Positions 8,421-17,387 of a stretch of 64,000 nt of DNA are shown here, piece by piece (the first letter of the stretch is position 1; every line of letters begins with the position of its first letter). Source of the DNA: a virus; IMG/VR virus record IMGVR_UViG_3300016471_000863; one strand, given 5' to 3'. Below the pieces are notes generated by a model, which worked only from the letters and a program-made list of their open reading frames with translations, did not search any database and was not told the origin of the DNA. The position numbers and the translations under genes were made by a program.

Positions 8421-9497
8421 TCACATTGTTGCTGAAAAGATTTCATCTCTTGTCATGCCTTTATATAGCCTTGCCCAAGCTTTTGAAAAATTTCCTGAAT
8501 TCATATAGGCTTCATTTTCATATGGCGTATTAACGTCGCCCATATCGTCTTCGCCTTTTCGTTCTGGGAGATTGTCAAGCTCGCCGCGCTCATGTTGCTT
8601 GCAATGAGTTAATTCATGAGCAATTGTTCTGAATACATCTATCATCAATCTATTTTCAGATAATGCAAGAACAATTTTTCGGCTTGGAAGATATGCTCCG
8701 GTAGTCATCCCTGGCATACGTTCAGATACGATATATATCTCTGGAAAAACTTGAATTCCTAACATTGCTTGACAGAATTGCAAAAAATTAGTTAGTGCAT
8801 CTTTTGTTTCTTCTGTTATATCTTTGTCTAGATGAATGATTGCTGTAGAAACATAAGGATGTCCTTCGTTTGATATTTTTACATATCCAGAATTTTCTTT
8901 CAAATATTCTTCTAAAATAACGTATCTTACTTTTAAGATGTTTGGAACAGAAGCATCTCCTGCCCACATTAATTCATGAAATGGATTTTTACTTTTCAAG
9001 TGTAAAGCTTTTTGCGAACTAGTTTTTAATATTTTACTATCTCTACCAGAAGAGAAATTTTGTTTTTTAGAAGAAAATCTATCTTTTGATGGATTTACTT
9101 TATGTGCATTGCTTTTATATTTACTTGTTTTTGTATTTTTATTATTCGGAATATTTGTTTCATCTCCATCTGTATACATTTCCGTATCTGTATCAGTTAG
9201 ATAATTGCTTCCAAATAATTGTTCAGGTGTATCTACCCCCCACGCAGCCAAATTCATGCCAATTACAGAGTTTGCTTCATTTAATCCGCTTTTTCTCTTT
9301 TTCCTTTTTCTTTTTTTCCTACCGGCGGGCGATGCTATATCAGATGGAATTTTATTTGACATACCCAATGGCAATGCCGGTCCTCCAGCAATTTGACCCG
9401 AAGGTATCATGCTCCCGGCACCTAAACTAATTGCCATGAATTCTTTGACAATTATTTCTTTAATAATTTCTTTTAAAGAATCATTATTCATGTTCAA
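8421..9497 (-). CDS. Protein with C-terminal zincin metallopeptidase-like domain
   Basis: RTIAHELTHCKQ...ENEA (HExxH plus downstream E). Low-complexity, basic N-terminal half. The ATG start is probably 9491. Confidence 0.7.
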   Translation of the reverse strand: MNMNNDSLKEIIKEIIVKEFMAISLGAGSMIPSGQIAGGPALPLGMSNKIPSDIASPAGRKKRKRKKRKSGLNEANSVIGMNLAAWGVDTPEQLFGSNYLTDTDTEMYTDGDETNIPNNKNTKTSKYKSNAHKVNPSKDRFSSKKQNFSSGRDSKILKTSSQKALHLKSKNPFHELMWAGDASVPNILKVRYVILEEYLKENSGYVKISNEGHPYVSTAIIHLDKDITEETKDALTNFLQFCQAMLGIQVFPEIYIVSERMPGMTTGAYLPSRKIVLALSENRLMIDVFRTIAHELTHCKQHERGELDNLPERKGEDDMGDVNTPYENEAYMNSGNFSKAWARLYKGMTRDEIFSATM

Positions 9498-9516
9498 TAA
9501 ATATTTTCTACAAATG

Positions 9517-9542
9517 AAAAAGGACCGCTTTCGCGGTCCTTT
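9517..9542 (-). terminator. Rho-independent terminator after the actin-like gene
   Basis: Minus strand reads AAAGGACCGC-GAAA-GCGGTCCTTTTT, a perfect 10-bp stem with a GNRA loop and U tract. Confidence 0.9.
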
Positions 9543-9562
9543 ATTTCAAATTCTAGTTTAAA

Positions 9563-11686
9563 TCAAAGTATTTGACTCGCAATTAAACATCCTCTAGCAA
9601 CAGCATGAAGAGGATCTGCGGCGTGTCTTACTTCCTTAACTGCAACAGGGAAACCATTAGCTTCAAGCTTCTTTGCAAATGTAGCTACGAAACCCTTAGC
9701 CTGCGTTGTTCCGCCACCCACTACAACCGGCAAAGGATCCTTAAACTTTGGAAGATCCTTGTGATCAGCTAAAGCAGCAGCAAGTTGCTTGGTGGTATAA
9801 TCAATAAGACGTTCATAATAAGAAGAAACAGCAGCAAGAATTTGATTATCATTAGGCTCTCCAATGGTGAAATCTCCACCTTCTTTCTCAGCCTGGACAA
9901 TGCTATCTGTTTGACCAGTAGCAACCGCTGCCATACGATCAATCCAGTCACCACTCTTTGTGGTGGAGAAAGTTAATACAGGCTCACCATTAAGCATTAC
10001 ACAAATGTTCACCATTCCCGCGCCGCAATTATGTATTGTTAAAAATGGCCCAGTAAATGAATGATCTTCTTCTACCTGTAGATCATATACAATTCCAGAA
10101 TATTCTTCATTTTCAATTTTTTGAACATGAGTACAAATAAAATTATTATCAATGTACATTTTTTCAATAAATTTACTATTTTCACAGTTTACATTTTCTA
10201 TGTAATCTTTAACAGAAAGTGAACCTAGTTTTGCACCAACCGATATGGTCCATTCTTGTTTTTTGCCAACAATTGTACGATTATCAATTGTACCACCGAT
10301 TCTTGGTTCTCGATAATGTATAGAAGCAGCCAAGCCTAATCTAGCGCACAATTGTTTTGCTAACCAGATAAGATGAGTATTTGTATTTGAAAATGAAAAT
10401 ACATTTTCATTCCATGTACCATCTGATCTTATTAGACCGGTAAGAAGATTTATACAGTCATTTTTTGAAATGCGATCCAAATCCCATGGATAACATTTAT
10501 TTCCAGCGGCATCATACAAATGGTTCTTAAACCAATTTAAAATTCCTCTAGAATAACATTTGACTCTTACACAGTTTTCATCTTTTGAAACAACTGAGGA
10601 ATTTTTATTAAAATTTCGCAACAAGATATCCTGAACATCTTTAATGTTGTTTTCTTCATTTTTTGAAAAATCAAATTGAATACAACCTTCTGCTTCATTA
10701 ACGCTTCCATCTCCAAGAAAATATCCAACTAATCTTTGAACATTTGGAGTTGCTGCAATCCTAGTTTTTGAATATGTATTTGAGCTTGTTGTGCGCTCAC
10801 ATATAGTAATTCCAGGCTCTCCTTTTCCAAAACGATCTTGCTGCTGTATGGGTTCACCTACAATGTCACCAACCTCAATTTCTTCGCAACCGATCCATTG
10901 CCATTTATTATTGCGGCACACATATAATTCGTGATTGTCAACAAATTTGTAATCTTCGCATGTATTCGAATAACCTTGCAATTGCAATTTTGTAGCCGTT
11001 CCCTCAAAATGTTTTGTTATTACATTTGTTACAGGACGCCATCGACCCTTATGAGTAAAAACCAAATCCCCAATCTTTACATTTTCTATATTGACAATGC
11101 CATTTTTAGTATATACTTTAGTACCTGGAATTAAGCAAGATAGCGAAATTCCCGTATAATCATCATTTTCAAGCTCTGAATAGCACAGGGCTTCTGCCTC
11201 GTTGATAGCTCGGGGAGCATAACCAACATCAGATAGAACCTTCTTTACAACGTCTTCATGATAACCAACGTCAAATTCATCATCTTCCTGATCAATTGGT
11301 TGAGCAGGAATACAGAATACAAGCTTTTCTCCCTTTTCCGCTGGCTCTCCTGCTACCTCTTTAAGAATATATGACAAAACTCTGCGTGCATCCTTTTCTT
11401 TGGAGGAAACAACACCACGATACATAGGACGCTTGGCGCTATCATTGCGTTCTATGGCTTTTTCAATAGCATCCTTACCAAGTAGGATGAATGAACCATC
11501 CGTATCTTTAACGAAGGTTTTACCTGTCAAACCCTTTTCAATCATTTTTGCAGCAATTGGTGTTGCTGGTTTTATTACATAGAATGCATCACGAAAATCT
11601 TTATACTCAACTGCACCTTTATCATGTTCAGACGCTAGTACAATAAAAGATGTACCTACATCTAAACCTTTTCCTAATTTAGCCAT
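9563..11686 (-). CDS. Actin-fold ATPase (MreB/MamK/Mad28-like), intein-containing; about 337 aa after splicing
   Basis: Phosphate-1 GLDVGTS, RPMYRGV, connect-1 INEAEA, phosphate-2 S|CGAG (split by the intein), SGDWID, EKE, adenosine VVVGGGT and connect-2 DPLHAVARG. GAGGAG RBS before ATG 11686. Confidence 0.88.
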   Translation of the reverse strand: MAKLGKGLDVGTSFIVLASEHDKGAVEYKDFRDAFYVIKPATPIAAKMIEKGLTGKTFVKDTDGSFILLGKDAIEKAIERNDSAKRPMYRGVVSSKEKDARRVLSYILKEVAGEPAEKGEKLVFCIPAQPIDQEDDEFDVGYHEDVVKKVLSDVGYAPRAINEAEALCYSELENDDYTGISLSCLIPGTKVYTKNGIVNIENVKIGDLVFTHKGRWRPVTNVITKHFEGTATKLQLQGYSNTCEDYKFVDNHELYVCRNNKWQWIGCEEIEVGDIVGEPIQQQDRFGKGEPGITICERTTSSNTYSKTRIAATPNVQRLVGYFLGDGSVNEAEGCIQFDFSKNEENNIKDVQDILLRNFNKNSSVVSKDENCVRVKCYSRGILNWFKNHLYDAAGNKCYPWDLDRISKNDCINLLTGLIRSDGTWNENVFSFSNTNTHLIWLAKQLCARLGLAASIHYREPRIGGTIDNRTIVGKKQEWTISVGAKLGSLSVKDYIENVNCENSKFIEKMYIDNNFICTHVQKIENEEYSGIVYDLQVEEDHSFTGPFLTIHNCGAGMVNICVMLNGEPVLTFSTTKSGDWIDRMAAVATGQTDSIVQAEKEGGDFTIGEPNDNQILAAVSSYYERLIDYTTKQLAAALADHKDLPKFKDPLPVVVGGGTTQAKGFVATFAKKLEANGFPVAVKEVRHAADPLHAVARGCLIASQIL
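10028..11137 (-). mobile_element. Intein with LAGLIDADG homing endonuclease in the actin-like gene (370 aa)
   Basis: Starts CLIPGTKV and ends TIHN followed by +1 Cys. LVGYFLGDG and LTGLIRSDG motifs. Confidence 0.95.
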
Positions 11687-11742
11687 CTTCTTACTCCTCT
11701 TTTGTTTTTTTTCTTCTGTTTCTGGTATTTTAAAACCCACGA

Positions 11743-12075
11743 TTAGCCCTCTTTATTTTTTTTTAATGAAGCAAGTTTTGATACATTCGCACCTAAAGAC
11801 TCATCTTGTGCAACAGTTTTCTTACCTAAATCATTAAACTTTTTTTCTAGGGTATCAGTTTGTATTTCAGTTATAAACTTTTTTTCATCAATCTCTATTT
11901 TTTTATTTGCTTTTTTTTCTTCGATAACTGCTTTTGTTGTTTGACTGATTGGATTTTCATGCTGAATTTGTGGAATAGAATTAGTTACAGCGGTGCCGCT
12001 TAAACGAGCTATAATAAATCCCATAGAAAAAACTACAAAATAGCTAGCAATTACTAAAAAATATATTGGTTCCAT
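11743..12075 (-). CDS. Small protein with N-terminal transmembrane helix and charged tail
   Basis: IYFLVIASYFVVFSMGFIIA hydrophobic segment followed by a K/E-rich region. Lies directly upstream of the actin-like gene. Confidence 0.75.
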   Translation of the reverse strand: MEPIYFLVIASYFVVFSMGFIIARLSGTAVTNSIPQIQHENPISQTTKAVIEEKKANKKIEIDEKKFITEIQTDTLEKKFNDLGKKTVAQDESLGANVSKLASLKKNKEG

Positions 12076-12116
12076 TATATTACAGTTTATATATTATCAA
12101 TAGTTTGATGCTTTGA

Positions 12117-12617
12117 CTAAGCAGATGCAAATGAATTGTCATCCTTAACAACTTCAATCAATTTTCCACTAATTGGAAATGGCTCAAGAGCTTCCGCTGT
12201 TTCCCATTGTAAATTATTTGATTCTTTAGCAGTTACTTCAACTTCAGATTCTGGATTTAAATTCAAAGCAATTGTTATGTGAGGGTTGATATTTTTACTT
12301 GGAATTCCAAGCGGCATAATAACTCCAACAGCACATATTCTATTATTGATTGCAAAAGAATTTACATTTAATTTCTGTACGGAATTTAGTAAATTTATAT
12401 CGCCTTTATATGGTCCTAAATTAACCGTAACATGATGAGCAACAATTTTCCAATTTTTTGGTATCTTATTGCGGATTTTCTCAATCAATTCATTGTGTGA
12501 AGCTTCAGTCAAAACAATACCAGTATATGATATATTACTTAATTTTTTTTCATTCTCTTGCTCTGTCTCAGACAGAATTCCAGATAATTTTTGTAATCTT
12601 TTTATATTAAATAACAT
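12117..12617 (-). CDS. 2H phosphoesterase (tRNA-ligase cyclic phosphodiesterase-like)
   Basis: Two HxT motifs, AHHVTV and PHITIA. Confidence 0.8.
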   Translation of the reverse strand: MLFNIKRLQKLSGILSETEQENEKKLSNISYTGIVLTEASHNELIEKIRNKIPKNWKIVAHHVTVNLGPYKGDINLLNSVQKLNVNSFAINNRICAVGVIMPLGIPSKNINPHITIALNLNPESEVEVTAKESNNLQWETAEALEPFPISGKLIEVVKDDNSFASA

Positions 12618-12640
12618 ATATTTTATACTTTATTTAAGCA

Positions 12641-13330
12641 TCAATATTTGCCGACACCGGCTGGATCCCATTCAACTGGTATCTTCTTACCATCTCTCCA
12701 GCATTTATCTGTCTGGGTTTTAAGACCTAATACCGGAACACCATATTCCAATACAACGTGTTTCCAAATACCCATACCTGGATCTGATGGTTTCTGACCA
12801 TTAGACTGTCTATGTGCCCAGATAAACTCTATTGGCATACCAGCGGCTCTACCATTATCTACAAGCCATTTGAGGGCGGCTCTAAACGTCTCTATAGCCT
12901 TATCATCCAATGGAGTTGGTTCTTTACCACCCCAGGTTGTTTTAATATCTTCTCTAATGGGTGTTCTTGGATCATCTAATAAACCAGAGTAATGACCTTC
13001 ACACTCTAAACCAAGAGAGAAAGAGTTTAGTTCATTACCATGATAGAGAAACCAATCTAATGGTGCTGCTGCAACATATACACCATCTCTAAATGCAGTA
13101 ACATGAGCTGGTATTCCTGCTGCTCTACGATATGCCTTTTCTCTGTCATCAAGAGGACCGAATACACAGGCGGTCTGATGTATTCCTATTCCAGTTACAG
13201 ATTTAGGATCTCTTGCTACTGTCTTACCTTTAACAACTTTTGAAGTGTTAATGATTTTACCATCCGAGCTTTTCTTTCTTGGAAATGGATTTGTTTGTTG
13301 TGCTCTTAAATCTATTAATCTTATTGTCAT
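12641..13330 (-). CDS. N-acetylmuramoyl-L-alanine amidase (endolysin, Amidase_2-like)
   Basis: IGIHQTA, AHVTA, NSFSLGLECEG, AHRQS and SDPG zinc-amidase motifs. Confidence 0.85.
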   Translation of the reverse strand: MTIRLIDLRAQQTNPFPRKKSSDGKIINTSKVVKGKTVARDPKSVTGIGIHQTACVFGPLDDREKAYRRAAGIPAHVTAFRDGVYVAAAPLDWFLYHGNELNSFSLGLECEGHYSGLLDDPRTPIREDIKTTWGGKEPTPLDDKAIETFRAALKWLVDNGRAAGMPIEFIWAHRQSNGQKPSDPGMGIWKHVVLEYGVPVLGLKTQTDKCWRDGKKIPVEWDPAGVGKY

Positions 13331-13334
13331 ATGT

Positions 13335-16300
13335 TCATCCTTCGCACCATGTGCATTCTGTTAACTCTCTCTTATATACCGCATTACTATTTTGTTCTGC
13401 CTTAAGAACAGATGTAGAACGAAGATAATAAAGGCTCTTAAGACCGCTATTGGCTGCTTCCAAATGAACTTGATTGATATACTTTGGATCGCTGTTAGCT
13501 GGGAAGAAAATATTGATGCTCTGACCTTGATCAATAAACTTCTGTCTTTCGGCGGCTAACTTAACAATAGCAAATTGATTTAGCTCTCTTGCAGTAAGAA
13601 ACACTTCTTTCTGTTCAGCGGTTAAACATTCTAAATGCTGAACACTTCCATCATGCTTAAGAATAGAGCCCCAAACTTCATCGGTATCCTGTCCAATGCT
13701 CTTGAGAAGCTTCTCAAATTCTGGATTTCTTCTTACGAATGTTCCCTTTGCACTCTTTTGAGCAAATGCATTGGCAATCCATGGTTCAATACCCTGAGAT
13801 ACGTTAGAAGCAATAAGGGAGTTTGATACAGTTGGAGCTATAGCCATAAGAGTAGCATTTCTTCTACCATGACCCCGACACCACTCTGGCTCACCATATT
13901 CAGCAGCAAGAGCCGTTGTAGCCAACTCAGCTTCTTCTCTAATCTTCTTGAATATGATCTTATTCTGGAGATAAGCCTGTAGGCTGTCAAATGCAATCAT
14001 ATTCTTTTGGAAGTATGAGTGTAGACCGAGGACACCAAGACCGAGAGCACGGGATTTACGAGCAAAATTTAGTGCTCTTTCAAATCCTCTCAAGTTAGCC
14101 GCCTTTTGAATAAACTCCTCCATAATACCATCAAGGAACCATACAGATAGTTGAACCGTATCCGTGTCTTTCCATTCATCCCATCTTGCAAGATTAAGGG
14201 AAGAAAGGCAGCAAACAAAGGTATGATCCTTATCTGTTGGAAGAAAAATTTCTGAACAATTTGAAGTTATAAAAGAATTACAAACCCAAACATGTTCTTT
14301 TGAATCAACCGTTGTGCAATATACATCTTGATTGTTTAAGTAAGTTACTGACTTCACTTCGTCATATTTTTTTGTATTATCTCTATACTTTCTTTCTTGA
14401 AGAGATTTTCCTTTATATGCAAGAAATCCTGTAAGTTTATCAAACTTTATTGCATCAGTTTTATTGCTAATATTTAACCGCCAGCAGTCTTTCGTATCAT
14501 AATATTTACTACCGCCCTTTCCGTCAGGCAATAAACTTTTACCCGCTTTTCTCATCATATATATTTTTGATTCAATTCCGAGATTAGAAAGAATTATCTG
14601 TATCTTTCCAAGAAAATCACGATCAATTGAAGCTAGTGAAAGATATAGAGGATTTCCATGTGATTTGCTGATGTTTATTGTTCCATCTGCGATATAAAGC
14701 CCTCTTAGATATTGAGAAATAGTTTCTTTATCACCTTGATAAATCCAGTCTGGTATTACACCTTTTTTAAAACCAAATTGTTTTAACTTATGTGATCCAA
14801 GACGGATTTTTTGAACAGATGATGATCCAGTATTTTGTTTAATAAAAGTTGGAATTTTTGTTTTTCTTTTACCAACACTTACGCCAGTTTGATTTTTAAT
14901 ATCATATTCAAGCCAATTCTCTTCAGAATAAACTTTCTGTATTGAATTTTCTATCTCTGAACGAAGTTCAAAATCATTTTCCCAAATGTCAATATAAACA
15001 TATTTGTCGGTCTGTGTGCCATCTGCATGATAAAGACCTAATAAGAATGCCATTTCCGGCTTGTGTATATTGCCAAACAAACCTTCATTGCGTTGAACAA
15101 AGATTTTATCTCCAGCTTTAAGCTCCTCGCAAGCAATCATTCCACGAATTGTTTTTACTTTATGATATGATGTAACGTCATGTGTTCGTCCAGATTTTGT
15201 AGTAATACGATATACAGGAGCATTTTTTTCTATTAGCTTCATTGGAGAAGCATTTACTTTTTTACTTCCATCAAATAAAGTCAATTCCTCGCCAGAAGAA
15301 ACAAGATCAATGACATTACGTAATCCTTTTGAAGTTACAACCATCTGATCTCCGGTTACGCAAAGGTTTGAGCCTTTAAGTTTAATACCAGTTTCTTTTA
15401 AAACAGGCGGCGCTTGATCATTAGCGTTGTCCGTAAAGAAAACATAGGGCTCTCCTGTCTCTACGCGGCTCTTAATCAGCTCTTTCCAGCGTCTACGGGC
15501 TTCTGTGTCACCAGCTTTTACCTTGTCTATAAAGGCATTTGAGACGCAAACACCATGATGAAGATTAAGGCATTGACGATTGGTATCGCCGGTTGGTCTG
15601 CGAGACTGAAGGAACTCGTCAAAATCACCATGTTCAATATCAATGTAGGCGGCACAAGCACCACGACGAGTAGAACCCTGAGAGATACCAAGAATAACGC
15701 TATCTGCCATTTTAAGGAATGGAACTACACCATCTGAGTGTCCACCTTTGGAGATTGGTGTTCCTTTAGCACGAACATCATTAACGTGGATAGCTGTTCC
15801 ACCACCATACTTGGATAGCATTGCTACTTCCTGTAGGGTTTCTAAAATTTCATAAGTATCATCGGCCATATAGGAAGAGAAACAGTTATGTACAACAACT
15901 CCGCTAACCGAAAAAGAATGATCTTCTTCAACTCCGATATCAAAAACCTCTTCTTTCATATCAGTTTTTATTAAACTTGCTATTGGGGCATAAAGATTAT
16001 TTTCAAATTGAATACCTACGGCTGGTCTTTTTCTTGCTTTTGACATGTCGTATCCATCATACATGTCAATCGTATATACAAAGGAATCTTTAGATAACTT
16101 AGATGCTTTAGTCTGCATTTGCAAAGAGCATGGAACCTTGAGTTTTAATAAAGAATTATACATTCCCAAAATCATTGGTCCATTTGTTAATGTAATTTTA
16201 TCGGTTCCTGATGCACTTCGGCTTCCATCTCCATCCAATACTCCTTGAATAAAGGATTTTAATATTGGTCTTGGTAAATCAATGATCCATTGAGGAATTT

Positions 16301-17315
16301 TTTTATTTTTGCAACCAATTCCAAATTCTTTATCAAAGAATTCTCCTATTAATCTTCCATTTACATTTACTGAGATCCAAGAATTCATATATCCAGATTT
16401 ATTTGGATTTGGACTTTCAGAAAAGTAATAATTTCCATTTAAATTAAATTTTTCTTTCATTATATGAAGAAAACGTTTTGCATAGTGTTCTTCATGTGAT
16501 CCTATTGTAATACGTATACCATTTGCTAATTTTTTATGATTTTGACTTCTGCTACCTTCTGCGAACCATAACCCAAGAGCCCAAGCTACCTCTTCATCAA
16601 CAGGTATAGTTGCATATGGTTGCGAATAATATGACAAGATTTGATCTTTTCTCATATCTCGCTTTTTATTTGATTTTGTTTCTTGAATTTTGCATATTTT
16701 TCCATCATGCTCTATGTGAGCATATGGACAATATTCTTTCAATGAAATGGCGTAGTCTTTCTCTTCGTATTCTATATCTTTATTAACGGCAATCCAATGT
16801 TTGCTAATGTCGAGTTCATCAACACGGACCCATCCTAAATTAGTTAGGACCAAGTGATTACCAGTTATCTTAACTGGAGTCATTCTTGTTCGAACTTTTA
16901 GGATATAAATTGGATCTTTGGACTGTTGTGATGTTTTTGAGATAACATTACGCCAACGACCTTTGTGAGTAAGAACCTGATCTCCAATTTGAATATCTTT
17001 AATTTGTTTTCCGCCAGATTTTGTATTAACCCAAGAATCGCCAGTTAAACAGCTTATGGGTAAACCACGAGTTGTTCCAGTGTTGCATAATACTGGAGTA
17101 GAAGGGCACAACCAGTTCTTCCACATAATGTTAAAGAACTTATCTTCTAATTCTGGCTTCTTTAGAGATTGGGCAACAGAAGCTGCTACACGACGATACA
17201 TCTGTTTAGGAGTTTCGTCATTCCACAAATAACCGCCTTGCAACATTTGAAATGCATCATTTGACAACCATTCCGGTGCTTCGCCTTCTGCTTTTAATTC
17301 TTCTAATGTCTTCAT
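13335..17315 (-). CDS. nrdA: Class I ribonucleotide reductase alpha subunit with two inteins (about 569 aa spliced)
   Basis: STPVLCN, GLPIS|C, RRGA, GEPY, SNL|CSEI, LGLG, AIAPT, IDQGQS, LKSLYY and C-terminal CTWCEG. Confidence 0.97.
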   Translation of the reverse strand: MKTLEELKAEGEAPEWLSNDAFQMLQGGYLWNDETPKQMYRRVAASVAQSLKKPELEDKFFNIMWKNWLCPSTPVLCNTGTTRGLPISCLTGDSWVNTKSGGKQIKDIQIGDQVLTHKGRWRNVISKTSQQSKDPIYILKVRTRMTPVKITGNHLVLTNLGWVRVDELDISKHWIAVNKDIEYEEKDYAISLKEYCPYAHIEHDGKICKIQETKSNKKRDMRKDQILSYYSQPYATIPVDEEVAWALGLWFAEGSRSQNHKKLANGIRITIGSHEEHYAKRFLHIMKEKFNLNGNYYFSESPNPNKSGYMNSWISVNVNGRLIGEFFDKEFGIGCKNKKIPQWIIDLPRPILKSFIQGVLDGDGSRSASGTDKITLTNGPMILGMYNSLLKLKVPCSLQMQTKASKLSKDSFVYTIDMYDGYDMSKARKRPAVGIQFENNLYAPIASLIKTDMKEEVFDIGVEEDHSFSVSGVVVHNCFSSYMADDTYEILETLQEVAMLSKYGGGTAIHVNDVRAKGTPISKGGHSDGVVPFLKMADSVILGISQGSTRRGACAAYIDIEHGDFDEFLQSRRPTGDTNRQCLNLHHGVCVSNAFIDKVKAGDTEARRRWKELIKSRVETGEPYVFFTDNANDQAPPVLKETGIKLKGSNLCVTGDQMVVTSKGLRNVIDLVSSGEELTLFDGSKKVNASPMKLIEKNAPVYRITTKSGRTHDVTSYHKVKTIRGMIACEELKAGDKIFVQRNEGLFGNIHKPEMAFLLGLYHADGTQTDKYVYIDIWENDFELRSEIENSIQKVYSEENWLEYDIKNQTGVSVGKRKTKIPTFIKQNTGSSSVQKIRLGSHKLKQFGFKKGVIPDWIYQGDKETISQYLRGLYIADGTINISKSHGNPLYLSLASIDRDFLGKIQIILSNLGIESKIYMMRKAGKSLLPDGKGGSKYYDTKDCWRLNISNKTDAIKFDKLTGFLAYKGKSLQERKYRDNTKKYDEVKSVTYLNNQDVYCTTVDSKEHVWVCNSFITSNCSEIFLPTDKDHTFVCCLSSLNLARWDEWKDTDTVQLSVWFLDGIMEEFIQKAANLRGFERALNFARKSRALGLGVLGLHSYFQKNMIAFDSLQAYLQNKIIFKKIREEAELATTALAAEYGEPEWCRGHGRRNATLMAIAPTVSNSLIASNVSQGIEPWIANAFAQKSAKGTFVRRNPEFEKLLKSIGQDTDEVWGSILKHDGSVQHLECLTAEQKEVFLTARELNQFAIVKLAAERQKFIDQGQSINIFFPANSDPKYINQVHLEAANSGLKSLYYLRSTSVLKAEQNSNAVYKRELTECTWCEG
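14259..15362 (-). mobile_element. NrdA intein 2 with LAGLIDADG endonuclease (368 aa)
   Basis: CVTGDQMV...FITSN|C inserted in the NLCxE motif. LGLYHADG and LRGLYIADG motifs. Confidence 0.95.
15885..17051 (-). mobile_element. NrdA intein 1 with LAGLIDADG endonuclease (389 aa)
   Basis: CLTGDSWV...VVVHN|C. LGLWFAEG and IQGVLDGDG motifs. Confidence 0.95.
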
Positions 17316-17387
17316 ATATTACTTTAATATCCTGTTTATTCTATTACATATCTTAACAGTTGAAAAAAATTGATTAAACTTGTTAGA

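Noticed and set aside
9290-9325. Polybasic RKKRKRKKRK tract (and KKRKKRKRK in the gp4-like gene) as a eukaryotic nuclear localisation signal suggesting a giant virus
   Set aside because: Shine-Dalgarno sites, an amidase endolysin, a sigma factor and baseplate genes show a bacteriophage. The tracts are more likely nucleic-acid-binding.
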